Shown here: positions 30,931 to 64,000 of the stretch, in pieces
Numbering within the stretch: position 1 is the first letter of the stretch
Layout of the letters: every line of letters starts with the position of its first letter
Origin: the human T2T-CHM13v2.0 reference genome, Homo sapiens
Reading direction: 5' to 3' (one strand)
NCBI RefSeq assembly: GCF_009914755.1
Contig: NC_060926.1
Length of the DNA stretch: 64,000 nucleotides
The notes under the pieces: model-generated
Told to the model about the DNA's origin: nothing
The model's input: the letters and a program-made list of their open reading frames with translations, nothing else
Database searches by the model: none
Translations under genes and position numbers: made by a program

Positions 30931-31239
30931 ATGGGCTTTGATCATTTTGATATTTTGATAAATTTTCTAGTTCTTTATAAATTGAGAAAATTGGAGTAAA
31001 TTGAAAAGGTACAGATTTTATATTCAGGGACTGAAGATAATCGAAGTTTTCATCTAAAGGGAGTTAGTTTCTATTTGAAAAAAATTGAGAAAGTGAAAAA
31101 TTGCTCTTCAGAATAATGTGGTAATGCTACTATTTATCATTTTGTCTTTAGTCATTCTGATTGTGTGGATTGCCATCGGCTTAATGTTGCCTATTTATTA
31201 ATTTGCTTTTATATTTCTCTGTCTTTGAATTTTTTTGTT

Positions 31240-31532
31240 TTTTTATTTTTTAATTTATTAATATTTTTAATTTTTTTTTTTTTGAGATGGGGTCTCACTC
31301 TGTCACCCAGGCTGGAGTGCAGTGGTGCAACCTTTGCCTTCTGGGTTCAAGCCTCCCGAAGAGATGGGATTACAGGCGCCCACCACCACGCCTGGCTAAT
31401 TTTTATATTTTTAGTAGAGACAGCGTTTCACCATGTTGGCTAGGCTGGTTTCAATCTCCTGACCTCTGGTGATCCACCTGCCTCTGCCTCCCAAAGTGCT
31501 GGGATTATAGGCATGAGCCACCACATCTGGCC
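31240..31532 (-). mobile_element. AluS with internal deletions
   Basis: Reverse Alu missing parts of the right arm. Confidence 0.88.
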
Positions 31533-32054
31533 TGCAGATTTTTAAAAAAATAAATTTAACATAGTTCCCTCCTTAAGGTGGATATGTGTAGTGGTATCTT
31601 ATTAAAAAAAATTGAATTAAATTAGAAATGTGTTTTGTAATAATACTTAGTCTAATTAAATTTATAAATTACTTTGTTATTTTACTTTTCATTTTGGTAG
31701 GCTGTCAGAGGACAAGATTTCTAGGAAAAAAATGTTCATATGTGTATTGAATGATATACTGGAAAGACAAAGTAACAATTTTTGTGAGAAGAGAAAGATA
31801 AGTTTCATAGTGGAAATTCTTTAGCTCTGGAAACCATTAATTTTTTTTAGAGTCTTTTAATTGTGGTGATTCATGCTCTTAAGTTAAGGCTAATTTTACT
31901 TTTTTTCCATCTTATCAAACTTGGATAAAGAATTTTTATGAAAAGTTTTCTTTTAGTAATAAGGTACAGTTATTCCAACTTCCTGATTATGACTTTTCTT
32001 GCCTTCTCTCAGTTGTCATTTAACATGTTTTTAATATTAGTTGGAGAGGTTTTT

Positions 32055-32363
32055 GGTGTTTTTTTTTTTTTTTTTTTTTTTTTGAGATGGAGTCTTGCTC
32101 TTTTGCCCAGATTGGTGTGCAGTGGTGCGATCTCGGCTCACTGCAGCCTCCACCTCCTGGTTCAGGTGATTCTCCTCCCTCAGCCTTCCGAGTAGCTGGG
32201 ATTACAGGCATGCACCACCATGCCCAGCTAATTTTATTTTTAGTAAAGACAGGTTTTGCCATGTTGGACAGGCTGGTCTCGAACTCCTAGGGAACTTCAG
32301 GTGATCCACCCACCTCAGCCTCCCAAAGTGGTGGGATTACAGGCTTGAGCCACTGCGCCAGGC
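32055..32363 (-). mobile_element. AluS
   Basis: Reverse dimer; TSD gttgg(a/g)gaggttt. Confidence 0.93.
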
Positions 32364-32539
32364 AGGTTGGGGAGGTTTGATTTGGAATTCTTTTGTTTGT
32401 TTGGAGAAGCTCTGTCCTTAACACATTTTAGTGAATTACTTTAGTCAAATTATTCTTATTACTTAACAAATTTAAGGTTTGTCTTTGAAGTTTTATGAAG
32501 TTGTGAACTGAAATAAATGATTTAATTTTTGACATATAG

Positions 32540-32704
32540 GTACCACTTAATGGGCAAGTTTATGAACTTTTAACTGTCTTCATGGACTGGATTTCGGATC
32601 ATCATCTTAGCAAAGTGAAACATGAAGAATCTGGAATGGATGGTAAAAAACCACAACTCAAATTTGCTTCCCAGAGAAATGATATTCAGGAGAAGTGTGT
32701 AAAG
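32540..32704 (+). CDS. CCDC138: CCDC138 coding exon 10
   Basis: gacatatag| acceptor; VPLNGQVYELLTVFMDWISDHHLSKV...IQEKCVK; donor AAG|gtttgt; 165 nt. Confidence 0.9.
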
Positions 32705-32751
32705 GTTTGTTTTTTAATTTGAAATATGTGATTCAGAATATATGAAGATTA

Positions 32752-34482
<1,731 letters not shown>

Positions 34483-34623
34483 CCTTTGTTTAGAATTTTG
34501 TCTCTTAGTACCTACATCAATTATTTCCCTAAATCTAGCCTTATTTTAGAAGTAACTGCCAATTAGGAAGGCCTGCCGTATTAAAGTTCTGCAGAGAAAT
34601 TTTATTTGTTAGAACTAGATGAG

Positions 34624-34915
34624 GGCTGGGCACGGTGGCTCATACCTGTAATCCTTGCACTTCGGGAGGTTGAAGTGGGAGGATTGCTTGAGCCTAGGGG
34701 TTTGAGATCAGCTTTGGCAACATGGTGACACCCCATCTCTACAAAAAATACAAAAGTTAGCCAGGCCTGGTGGCACGCGCCTATAACCCCAGTTCCCTGG
34801 GAGGCTGAGGTGGTAGGATCACCTGAACCTGGGGGGGTCGAGGCTGCAGTGAGCCGTGATTGTACCACTGTACTCCAGCCTGGGCAACAGAGTGAGACCC
34901 TGTCTGAAGAAAAAT
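34624..34915 (+). mobile_element. AluJ
   Basis: J-type ggaggattgcttgagcc and gaggctgcagtgagcc motifs. Confidence 0.9.
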
Positions 34916-35679
34916 AATGGAATCGGGATCATGTAATACTGTGTTTTTATATTAGTCTAATAACACAAGAGAATAATATTTAGCACGTGTATTTCTCAGG
35001 ATTCATTTTAACATCTGTAAATAAAAAGTTGTCTGTTGACATGTTCAGGATTTACAGTTTCTATTAAGCCTAGATCCTTTCAGTTAAAATATTGTTTTCA
35101 ACTTAATTACTATATAATAATAAAGGTAGAACAATTTTAAGGTGTATAAATAAGCTTTTAAATATAATAATAGAAGAGTAAGTAGTACCAGATTAACTAA
35201 TTAAATACTTGTGGCCATCGCAAGCAGGTATTCACATCTCTTTAGGAAGATGTAAAATTTGTAATTTTAAATAATGTAACCTTATCTTAAAATCTTTTTT
35301 TTGTTATCGGACTCTGTTAACCACTTGGGCAAGCATTTTATTTATTCTAAGAATACTAGTATAACTCAAAATATTTTAGCAAAGTAATCTCTTCAGAAAT
35401 TACCTTTGGAAACTTCTGACTTTTTTTTTTTTGTATATTTGATCACAGTTATAATTTACTTAAGGATGGATTTAATATTTAAAAACACCTAAAGCCATTG
35501 AGGAGTAAATTTGATATACTGGGTATACCTTATAAGACTGATTTTCTTGTGTGATTCAGTAACATAAGGGTGGAATATTATCAAAGAAATTGAGATACAA
35601 AAATTCAGTACAACCTGAGGTGGAAGGTACTATGTGTTACAAGTAAAGATTGTAAAATTTGGCTATAAGACTAACGTCA

Positions 35680-40017
<4,338 letters not shown>

Positions 40018-40019
40018 TA

Positions 40020-41540
<1,521 letters not shown>

Positions 41541-41894
41541 TGTAAGATTAAAAATTGGTAAAGAATGAAATTGAGTTGTTTCAGAGGGAACTCTTTCATA
41601 TGGAACTAGACATATGTATGGAAGATACAGTACACAGAATTACCTGTAAAGTATTCCTGCCAGAAAACAAGTTACATAGCAACACAAGGAATCATGCAAA
41701 ATAAATTAGGAATGTGAGATAGTTAACTGACCTAGACTCTTCAACAAGTTAATAGCGTAAATAATAGGGAGGTGGGAGGATGTAAAGTGTCCAAAACTTA
41801 GAGAGACTTAGGAGACACAAAAACCAAGAGCACCAAGCAGGCCTGATTATATCTTGTTTTTGTTCTGGTGGTGGGTTTTTTGTTTGTTTGTTTG

Positions 41895-43665
41895 GTAACA
41901 GCTTTATTGAGATATAATTCACATATACAAGTAGCATTTTAACTGTGCAATTCAGTGTTTTTTTTTCTTTATTCACAGAGTTGTGCAACCATCGCCTTAA
42001 TCAGTTTTAGAACATTTTATCTCCTCTCTCCAAAAAAAAACCCAACCCATTAGCAGTTGCCCAAACCTTTATTCAGCACTTCCAGTCCTAGGCAACCACT
42101 AATCTGCTTTCTGTCTTTATAGATTTTCCTATCTGGACTTTTCATATAAACAGATTCATACAATACGTAGTGTTCCGTGGCTGACTCATTTATTATGTTT
42201 TTGAAATTCACTCATGTTGTCACATGTGTCAATACTTCATTCCTTTTTATTACCAAATAATCTATAATATAGATATAACATTTTATTTACCCATATCACT
42301 TGATAGACTTTTGGGTTGTTTGCATTTGTTGGCTGTTATGAATGGTGTTGCTATGAACATTTATCCACAAATTTTTGTATGCACATGTTTTTTCATTTTT
42401 CTTGACTACATACCTAAGAGTGGAACTGCTAAAGTGCCAGACTGTTTGTCAAAGTGGTTCAACAGTTGTTGAGTCCTGCCAGCAGTCTGCAGAAGTTTCG
42501 ATTTCTTTATATCATGGTCAAAACATACGGATTTAAAATTTTTGTCATCTCAGTGAGTATGAAGTGGTCAATCATTATGGTTTTCATTCATGTTTCCCTG
42601 ATGACTAATGTTGAACATCATTTCATGTGCTTGTTGGCCGTTTGGATATCTTTTATTGGTAAGTGTCTACTTAAATCCATTGAGCATTTTTAATTGAGTT
42701 ATCTTTTTTATTACTGAGTTTTTTGTAGGAGGTTTTGTTTTTAAATATTCAAGATGGATGTACCTTATCCAATATGTGATTTGAAAATATTTTCTCCATT
42801 CAGTAGTTGTCTGTTGACTTTCTGGATAGTATCCTTTGAAGCATAAAGGTTTTAAATTTTTATAAAGTCCAATTTATGCTTTTTTCTTTGCTTGTATGTT
42901 TTGCATCATGTTTAAGAAAACTTTGCCAAATCCAGATCCACAAAGATTTATCTGTATGTTTTCTTTCAAGAGTTTAATACCTTTACCTCTTAACATGTTT
43001 AGGCCTTTGATGCATTTTGAGTTAGTTTTCATATATAGTGTTGGAGGAGTGTAACCTCATTTTTTACCTGTAGATACCCATTTGTTTCAGCATCATTAGT
43101 TGAAAAATCTATTCCTTCCCTATTGAATTGTTTCGGTACCATGTTGAAAATAAATACAGTGTAAATAAGAGGGTCCATATCTGGATTCTCAGTTCCATTC
43201 CATTGTTCTATTTGTCTATCCTTATGCCGGTGTCACACTCGATTCATTACTGTAGCTTTGTAGTAAATTTTGAAAACAAAGTGTGAGTCTTCCAACTTTG
43301 TCCTTCTTTTCCATATATGTTCTGGGTCAATGGCATTTTCATATGAATTTCAGGGGCAGCCTTTCAATTTCTGCAAAGAAACCAGCTGGGATTTTGATTA
43401 AGGACTGCATTGAATCTGTGGATTAATTTGAGAAGTCTTGGCATCTTAACAACATTGTCTGCTAATCCATGAACAAGATGTCTTTCCATTTTATTTAGAT
43501 CTTTTTAATTTCTTTCAGCTATATTTTCTCGTTTTCAGGGTATAAGTTTTGTACTTATTTTGAAAAGTTAGTTTCACAGTATTTTTATTCTTTTTGATGA
43601 TGTCAAAAATAGAATCATGTTCTTAAATTCATTTTTGGATTGTACATTACTAATATATGGTTACA
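41895..43665 (-). mobile_element. L1MB/ME 3' fragment
   Basis: aacagctttattgagatataattcacata 3' terminus followed by degraded antisense ORF2. Confidence 0.8.
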
Positions 43666-43669
43666 CAAT

Positions 43670-47010
<3,341 letters not shown>

Positions 47011-47132
47011 GATTTTCCAACAAAGTGTCAATTAGGATACATTTTCACCAGGATTCTGCATTCTAAGACAGGCCACCCTAAATTTTAGTGTACTCACTTT
47101 GCAGAAGTTAGGCAATTTGACAGAAACCAAAG

Positions 47133-47796
<664 letters not shown>

Positions 47797-48194
47797 CTGA
47801 CAATGTCAAATCATCACTGTAAGAAAGCAAAAGGCAATGTATCTGATGTAAATACACCTGATGATCTTAAACGTTGAAAGGACAAATTGTAAAAAGTGAT
47901 TTTGCAAAGAGTTCACAGTTCCCTACTACTGCCACCCTATGAATGAGGACCATTGTTACTTTTTTAGTAGGACAAAATATGCCAAATCTTTTGAAACATT
48001 CAAAAGATAAGAAAAAGTACTTTTTTATTATGTTTGGATTAAGAATATAAATACTGTCGGAAGAGGCTTGGTATTTAGAGGGGATAAAGATATAAATGAA
48101 GTGAAATTTTTTCATGAAAATATGAAATGGCTAGGAAAAGACAGTGTTTGCTGTGAAGAAACTGAAAGTCAGATATCTAAGAGAAACTTGACTT

Positions 48195-49262
<1,068 letters not shown>

Positions 49263-49574
49263 TATAGGTAAATTATATCCTAAGATAAGAAAATATATGG
49301 AAAAGCCTTGTAGAAGTGACTGCTAAAAGTTAAGCTTTGAAGGATGAGTAGGTTTTTGTGAGACAGACACCTAGTAGTTGAAGGAGGAGACACGAGCTGC
49401 CTTAGTCGTGACGTGTATCTATTACAGGGTATGGGTGAGGTATGATGTGAGGAAAGTTGCAGTGAGCTGGAAGTGGAGTCACCTGCTGTTCTAGAACTAT
49501 ACTGGCAAGTTTGAATGTCATCCCACAGATAAGAGGGAGACAGGAAATGGTTTTAAGCAAGGGATCTATATTTT

Positions 49575-50045
49575 ACCATGGAGACACCTTAAATGCACAT
49601 TGCTAAGTGAAAGAAGCCAGCCTGAAAAGGCTACATACTATATGATTCCAACTATAATGACATTTTGGAAAAAGCAAAAACTGGAGTAAAGAGATCAGTA
49701 GCTGCCAGGGGTTCTGAGAAAGAGGAGCAGAGCACAGGCAATGTTTAGGACAGTGAAATTATTTCCTGTGATACATGGTGGATACATGTCATTATATGTT
49801 GTCAAAATCTGTAGACTATACAACAGAGTGAATCCTAATGTAAACTATAGACTTTAGTTAATCATAGTATGTCAGTGTTAACAACTGTAACAAATGTACC
49901 ACACTGGTAAAGATGTTAATAATGGAAGGTACTGGCAGGTGGGAGTAGGACATGGGGCATGTAAACATTCTCAACTTCCTGCTCAGTACACTCAGAAACC
50001 TAAAACTGCTCTTTAAAAACAAGATCTGTTAGTTTAAAAGTAAAC
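49575..50045 (+). mobile_element. L1MC 3' end
   Basis: ttgctaagtgaaagaagccagcctgaaaaggctacatactatatgattccaactata. Confidence 0.75.
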
Positions 50046-50169
50046 AGGAAGTAGAGATAGAGTAGGCAGGTTTTCCAAGAGCTTGGCAGGAACCTCAAAG
50101 AAGACAATGCCAGATGAATTTAGTGAAGTCTGGTGTTTCTTAAGCTATGGGAATGTTTATAGTCCATGA

Positions 50170-52255
<2,086 letters not shown>

Positions 52256-52259
52256 GACG

Positions 52260-54020
52260 AAAACATAAAAAATTTATTATCTTAATAATTTTTAAGTATA
52301 CAGTTCATTAGTATATTCACATTGTCCTTCAACAGCTCTCCAGAAATATTTTATCTTGCAAAACTAAAACTCAGTACCAATTGTCTCTGTTTTGTGCTGT
52401 TACAACAGAATATCTGAGACTGCACAATCTGTAAACAACAGAAATTTATTTCTCACAGTCCTGGCAGCTGGATGTCCAAGCATCTGATAGGGGCTTTCTT
52501 GCTGCATCCTCACATGGCACAGGGCAGAAGAGCAAAAACAGGATGAACGTTGTGTGCCCACAGGGTGGAAGAGCAGGAGAAAGGGAGCCCAGTCCCACAC
52601 GCCTTTATTATAATGCCGTTAATCCATTCATTAGGGCAGAGCTCTCCTGACGTAAACACTTCCCAGTAGATCCTCACCTCTCAACACTGATGTTTTGGGC
52701 ATTAAGTTTCCAACACGTAAATTTTGAGGAATATATTCAAACCATAGCGCTTATTAAATAACAACTCCCCATTTCACCTACCCCCGCCCCTGATGACCAC
52801 CATTCAATTTTCTGCTTCAATGAATTTGACATTAGATTTCTCATATGGATGGAATCATAATAGTATTTGCCTTTTTGTGACTGGCTTATTTCACTTAGCA
52901 TAATATCCATAAGGTTCGTCCATGTTGTAGCATGTGACAGGATTTCCTTCCTTTCTAAGGTGGAACAATATTTGTTTATGCATGAATACCACATATTGCT
53001 TATCCATTCATTGATAGATATTTGGGCAGCTACCATCTCATGGCTATTGTGAATAGTGCTGATATGAATATGGACTTGCAAATATCCTTTCAAGACCCTG
53101 TTTTCAATCCCTTTGGACATATACCCAGAAGTGGGATTGCTAGATCATTTGATAGTTCTATTTTCAATTTTTGAAGAATTGCTTTACTGTTCACCATAGT
53201 AAATTAATGCTTTAGGGATTTTGGTAGAGATGACATTGAATCTGTAGATCGCTTTGGGTAGCATGGACACCTTGATAATACCATGTTTTCTAACCCATGA
53301 ACATGAAATTTCATTCTATTTATTTGTGTCTTTTAATTTTTTTCATCACTGTTTTGTGGTTTTTAGTGTATAAGTTTTTTACCTCCTTGCTTAGATTTAT
53401 TCCTAAGTATTTTCATTCATTTTGATGCTATTTGTAAGTGGAACTGTTTTCCTAATTTCCTGTTTGGATTGTTCATTGTTAGTGTATGGAAACACAAGTG
53501 ATTTTTAGTATTGATTTTGTATTCAGCAACTTTGCTGAATTTATGTATTCTTTTTTTTTTTAATTGTGGAATCTTTAGGACTTTCGACATATAAGGTCAT
53601 GCCATCTGAGAAGAGAGATGATTTTACTTCTCCAATTTGGATACTTTTTATTTCTTTTTCTTGCCCAGTTTCACTGGCTGGTACTATAGTGAACAGAAGT
53701 GGTGAGGGCGTGCTTGTCTTGTTCCTGATTTTGGAGGAAAGGCTTTCATTCTTTTACCTTCAGAGTGTAATCTGTGGGCTTTTTATATATAGCCTTTATT
53801 ATATCGAGGTGGTTTCCCTCTATTAAGTTTGTTGAGTATTTTTATCATGAAAGGGCGTTGAATCTTGTTCAGTGCTTTTTCTTTGTCAATTGAAATAATC
53901 GTGTGGGTTTTGTCCTTCATTTTGTTAAAATGGTATATTACACCAGTTTTTAAAAATGTTGAACCGTCCTTGCATTGCAAGAATTAATCTCACTTAGTCA
54001 TGGCGTATAATCCCTTTTAA
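52260..54020 (-). mobile_element. L1MB/MA fragments
   Basis: gtgactggcttatttcacttagcataat...; ORF2 remnant [20 protein letters not shown]. Confidence 0.8.
52382..52749. mobile_element. MaLR solo LTR (MST-like) inserted in L1
   Basis: aacaacagaaatttatttctcacagtcctgg...taatccattcattagggcagagc...caaaccatagc. Confidence 0.8.
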
Positions 54021-54024
54021 TATA

Positions 54025-54363
54025 CCGCCATGCACTGTATAATGATGTTTAAGACAATGGTAGACCGTATATATGATGGTGGTCCCATAATATTATAATG
54101 GAGCAAAGAAAAAAAGAATATAAAAAGAAAACAGATTATAATGGAGCTGAAAATTTCCTGTCACTTTGTGACATCATAGCTGTCATAATATTGTAGCAGA
54201 ACACATTACTCACATGTTTGTGGTGATGCTGACGTAAACAAACCTGTGCTGCCAGTTACGTAAAAGAATAGCACACACAGCTATGTAGAGTACATAATAC
54301 TTGATCATAAACAACCATGTTACTGGTTTATGTATTTACTATTTATTGTTATTTTAGAGTGTA
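54025..54363 (+). mobile_element. Tigger3-family fragment (one end)
   Basis: gatggtggtcccataa...attataatggagctgaaaatttcct...gtttgtggtgatgctg; homologous to the reverse complement of about 41230-41540. Confidence 0.8.
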
Positions 54364-54549
54364 TCTCTGTCATTAACTGATGCATGTCTTTATTAAAAAG
54401 TTGGGGGGAGAAGTTTATATAAAATTTTACTGAGATTATGACTGTAAGAGAGTATATGGCTAGTAAATTTTATTCCATAAAAATACTATTTAGAGATTTC
54501 TCAACTTATGAGGTGTCTATAATTTTTTCGATTTTTTTTTTTTTTAAAG

Positions 54550-54925
54550 ACACCAGAGTGGTCAGATGGTAGGAAGACAGGAGTCAAGGGGAAAGCACTG
54601 GGCAGACCCTTTATTGTGGTTTCCACATGAAAGGCAATGCAGGGCAGGGTGAATAAATAGGATTGGTTAGTTTGAATAATTTTGGCAGTACTAAGCTCTA
54701 GGGGTGGTCCCTAGTGACTCTGGTAAGATTACGGCAGAGAATATTGCCTCCTGGGATACAAGGGCCAGATAGAAGGGGTCTGGCTCTGAATTGGTTAATT
54801 TGTCTATCAGAGGCATACTCTAGGCCGAGCACTTTGCTGTATCTAAGAATTGGCTGGTCCAGGGAGGGGCAATCTCTCCCCAACTGGAAAGGTTTTTTAA
54901 GACGTCCAAAACATCATAATATACA
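54550..54925. mobile_element. ERVL-type LTR fragment (MER54/73/74 group)
   Basis: cctttattgtggtttcc...ggcagggt...aggattggttagtttgaataattt. Confidence 0.5.
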
Positions 54926-55791
54926 GAAAATTTTACAAAATACATATATGTATATACACACAATACACTCATAATCATTAGTCCGGAGAATCTTTATACA
55001 GTTGACATAACCATTTTCCTGATTGCTATACAATTATTTCCAGGTTTTACTCTTATAAACAGTGTAGCAATAAATATCTTTGTACATGGCTTTTGGAGGG
55101 ATCTTCTTAAATCGATTTTCTTAGGCTGGTATCTCAGAAGTGGGAGTATTCTGTTAGAGCCTTAGAATATGTCTTTATGGTCCTGAAATCATTTAGCAAA
55201 ATGATATACTTTTGAAGCAAAATTCATAGACATCCTTAAACAGTTAAATGTTTTTATAAATTAGCATATTAAGATATGCATGCAATGTAGACATATAAAC
55301 AAGTAAATAGTACTCCAGTTTCTGAAATCCAGCATTTTAAAAAATCCTTTCATATATCTTTTTCAGTATAAATTTATATAGATATAGTTTATATAAATGA
55401 GATTTTTATTCCATTTGCTTCCTTGTAAACACCTTTTTTCACCCCAGAATATGCCATGGCAATAAATATAAATCTAGGTTATCATTTTTAATGGTTACAT
55501 ATATACTATAAACTTATTTAATCATTTAAGGTTCATAGAGTATCTTTGTGTAGGTTAATCTCCTTAAACTAGATGTGCTGTTATTGCTGGATGAAAGAAA
55601 ATGCATATATAAGAACTAAAATACATATTGCCAAATTGTATTGCATATAGTTTTAAAGTGAAGGTTTTTTGTTGGAGAACTCTTTTGTTTTGTTTTGTTT
55701 TTAAAGATAATTTTGGAAAATTGTGGTAATTGATTTAAGACATTTAAAAATACTGTGCCTTTGTATTTATTTTCCATCATTTTATCTTTAG

Positions 55792-55908
55792 CTTTTGCCT
55801 CTAATGACAGAGCAGCTACAGTGGATGCCATTTGTGAATATCAAACTTCACGAGCCTTTTGTAAAATTTATATATTGGTCCCTAAGGCAGCTAGATGCTG
55901 GAGCACAG
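55792..55908 (+). CDS. CCDC138: CCDC138 coding exon 11
   Basis: ttttatctttag| acceptor; LLPLMTEQLQWMPFVNIKLHEPFVKFIYWSLRQLDAGAQ; donor CAG|gtaatt; 117 nt. Confidence 0.9.
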
Positions 55909-55999
55909 GTAATTGGTTAATAGGAATTTATCTATAAGTAATACTCCACCTAATATTACTTCTTGATCTTGTTTCACAATATCTGTTTTGAATATATTC

Positions 56000-61230
<5,231 letters not shown>

Positions 61231-61348
61231 TCTAGATTTGTTTCAGCAAAAGTTTTAACATCCTTAGGTGAAGCTTCAGCAACAACCCAGAGTGCTATTT
61301 TTGGAGTTTTTTCTCTTTTCCTTCAATTAAAGGCAAATACTATCCACA

Positions 61349-61644
61349 TTTTTTTTTTTTTTTTTGAGACAGAGTCTTGCTCTGTCATCCAGGCTGGAGA
61401 GCAGTGGCACGATCTCGGCTCACTGCAACCTCCGACTCCCAGGTTCAAGCGATTCTCCTGCCTCACCCTCCTGAATAGCTGAGATTACAGGTGCACGCCA
61501 CCAAGCCCAGTTAATTTTTGTATTTTTAGTAGAGACGGGGTTTCACCATGTTGGCCAGAATGGTCTTGATCTCCTGACCTTGTGATCCGCCTGCCTTGGC
61601 TTCCCAAAGTGCTGGGATTACAGGCGTGAGCCACTGTGCCTGGC
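61349..61644 (-). mobile_element. AluS
   Basis: Reverse dimer; TSD ccacatttt. Confidence 0.92.
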
Positions 61645-62171
61645 CCACATTTTTTTTTCAAGTTTATTTTTTCATTATAAAAGTGTAGTAGTAAAGCATT
61701 AGAGATAATTTTAAAAACAAAAAAAGTTTACCTTAATCCTGTCATTTAACACACTTATTGTAAGTAGAGTTTTGAACATTTTTTTCTATTTTTTACACAA
61801 AGGTTTAAAAACATGTATTTTTTTTCTAATAATATAAAAATTGTACTGACAATATATTTAAATTAGATTGCACTGCTTGTGTGTCTGACCACTCAACCAT
61901 TTGGCCTTTGTCACCTGTAAAACCTCAATAGATTTGTTTTTAATTTTAGATGCAGAAATTTAAAAGCTAAAACTTATCCACATTGCAGGATCAATACTGA
62001 GTTAGGAACCAGTTGGTCACAAATTTTCATGCAGATAGGGGAAACTGCTATAAAAACTCAGTCACATGAGATTGGAGAATTGGGTCATAATAAAGGAAAT
62101 TTTAAGTTTTTACCAAATCTGGTTTAAGCATTCTGATCTGCAACAGTTTGAAATGCTTTCCTTTCATTTGA

Positions 62172-62469
<298 letters not shown>

Positions 62470-62993
62470 TCATTTTATTCTTAATAGATATATCAAATAC
62501 CATTAGATCATATATTATTTTAGAGGTAGTTTCATGCTACTATTTCTATTTTGCCCATTTTTTTTTGTTTTATTCTCCATGAGAATTATCTATGATTCTA
62601 ACCCAGTATTTTACTGTTTTGAAATTGCTAAAAGTTTTTGGAGTCACTATGACTTTTTTAATCAGAGTTAGCTGAAGGGACTGAGGCTCTAGATAATCAT
62701 TTCTTAAGTGAACACAGAAGGATGTGCCTGATAAGCTGGTTTTCATTGATGGTGGAGCAATCAGCAACTGAGAGAGTAGGTAGTCCACCTCTGTTCCCTT
62801 GCTATTTCTCTGTGTCAGACATATAGCATGATCTTATGTTCTTACATGTTTTAGAAAAATGTACAGTCACAAATAATTTTTTAAGTTGATAAAATTGTCA
62901 CTTTCCAATTTTACATATTTTCAACTTTAAATTAGCCACAGATTTCACTTACTTTTAATACATATATTTGATTTAATATTTAAAATAGTTATT

Positions 62994-63529
<536 letters not shown>

Positions 63530-63859
63530 GTAAGCTTTCAATTGTACTTATGGTTAATTTTGAGAAACAATAGAGAATATCATATATTAAAGCAATTCTT
63601 TTATCAAATATGTTGTACATTTTCAGAATGAGGTTTTGAATTGTTTTATAATGGTTACACATTATAAAAAGCTACTTTTATTTGCTGAATTTGAGAAATT
63701 GAAGTCTTTAGTTGGATTCTTGCCTCCTCCCAAGAGGCCTTTGATTGTCTTAGGTCATATTCCCATAACAACCTTTGCCTACATCTATTTGTATTTGTCA
63801 CATCAAATTGAAATTGCTAGTTAATTATTTTCCACTAGCGAATGTGTTGGTAAACTAGT

Positions 63860-64000
63860 CCATGGGCAAAATCTGGCCTACCACCTGTTTTGTAAATGAA
63901 GTTTTCTCCCACAACCTTGCTCATTTGTTGTATATTGTCTATGACTCTTTGCCCTACAGTGACAGAGTTGAGTAGTTGGCAGCAGAGACTGTATGGCCCC
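63860..64000. mobile_element. MER58-family MITE (runs off window)
   Basis: aaatctggcctaccacctgttttgtaaat...cagagttgagtagttggcagcagagactgtatggcc. Confidence 0.75.

Noticed and set aside
32538-32545. Recursive splice site (AG|GT) at exon 10, and similarly at exon 3
   Set aside because: The reconstituted donors (GTACCA, GTGATT) are poor, and the preceding introns are short.

Overview
This is primate (almost certainly human) genomic DNA, not microbial. It contains the last exon and 3' UTR of RANBP2/NUP358 (C-terminal cyclophilin domain, + strand). Under 1 kb further on lie the CpG-island promoter and the first 12 coding exons of CCDC138 (+ strand, 1516 coding nt, about 505 aa; the gene continues past the window). 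All 12 exons were joined by hand at GT-AG sites into one open frame. The introns are dense with repeats: about 45 Alus, a 5'-truncated young L1 (L1PA2-like) whose ORF2 C-terminal portion is still open, many old L1M fragments, MaLR/ERVL LTRs, and hAT-Charlie and Tc1/mariner (Tigger3, MADE1) DNA-transposon fossils. Most other ORFs in the supplied track are translated repeats. I see no convincing new biological system. The best leads are an in-frame alternative exon-1 donor, an overlapping uORF, a candidate RFX X-box, inverted Alus bracketing frame-symmetric exons, a chimeric open L1 ORF2, and several small templated-insertion or duplication scars. Repeat subfamily names come from recalled consensus sequences and their boundaries are approximate.
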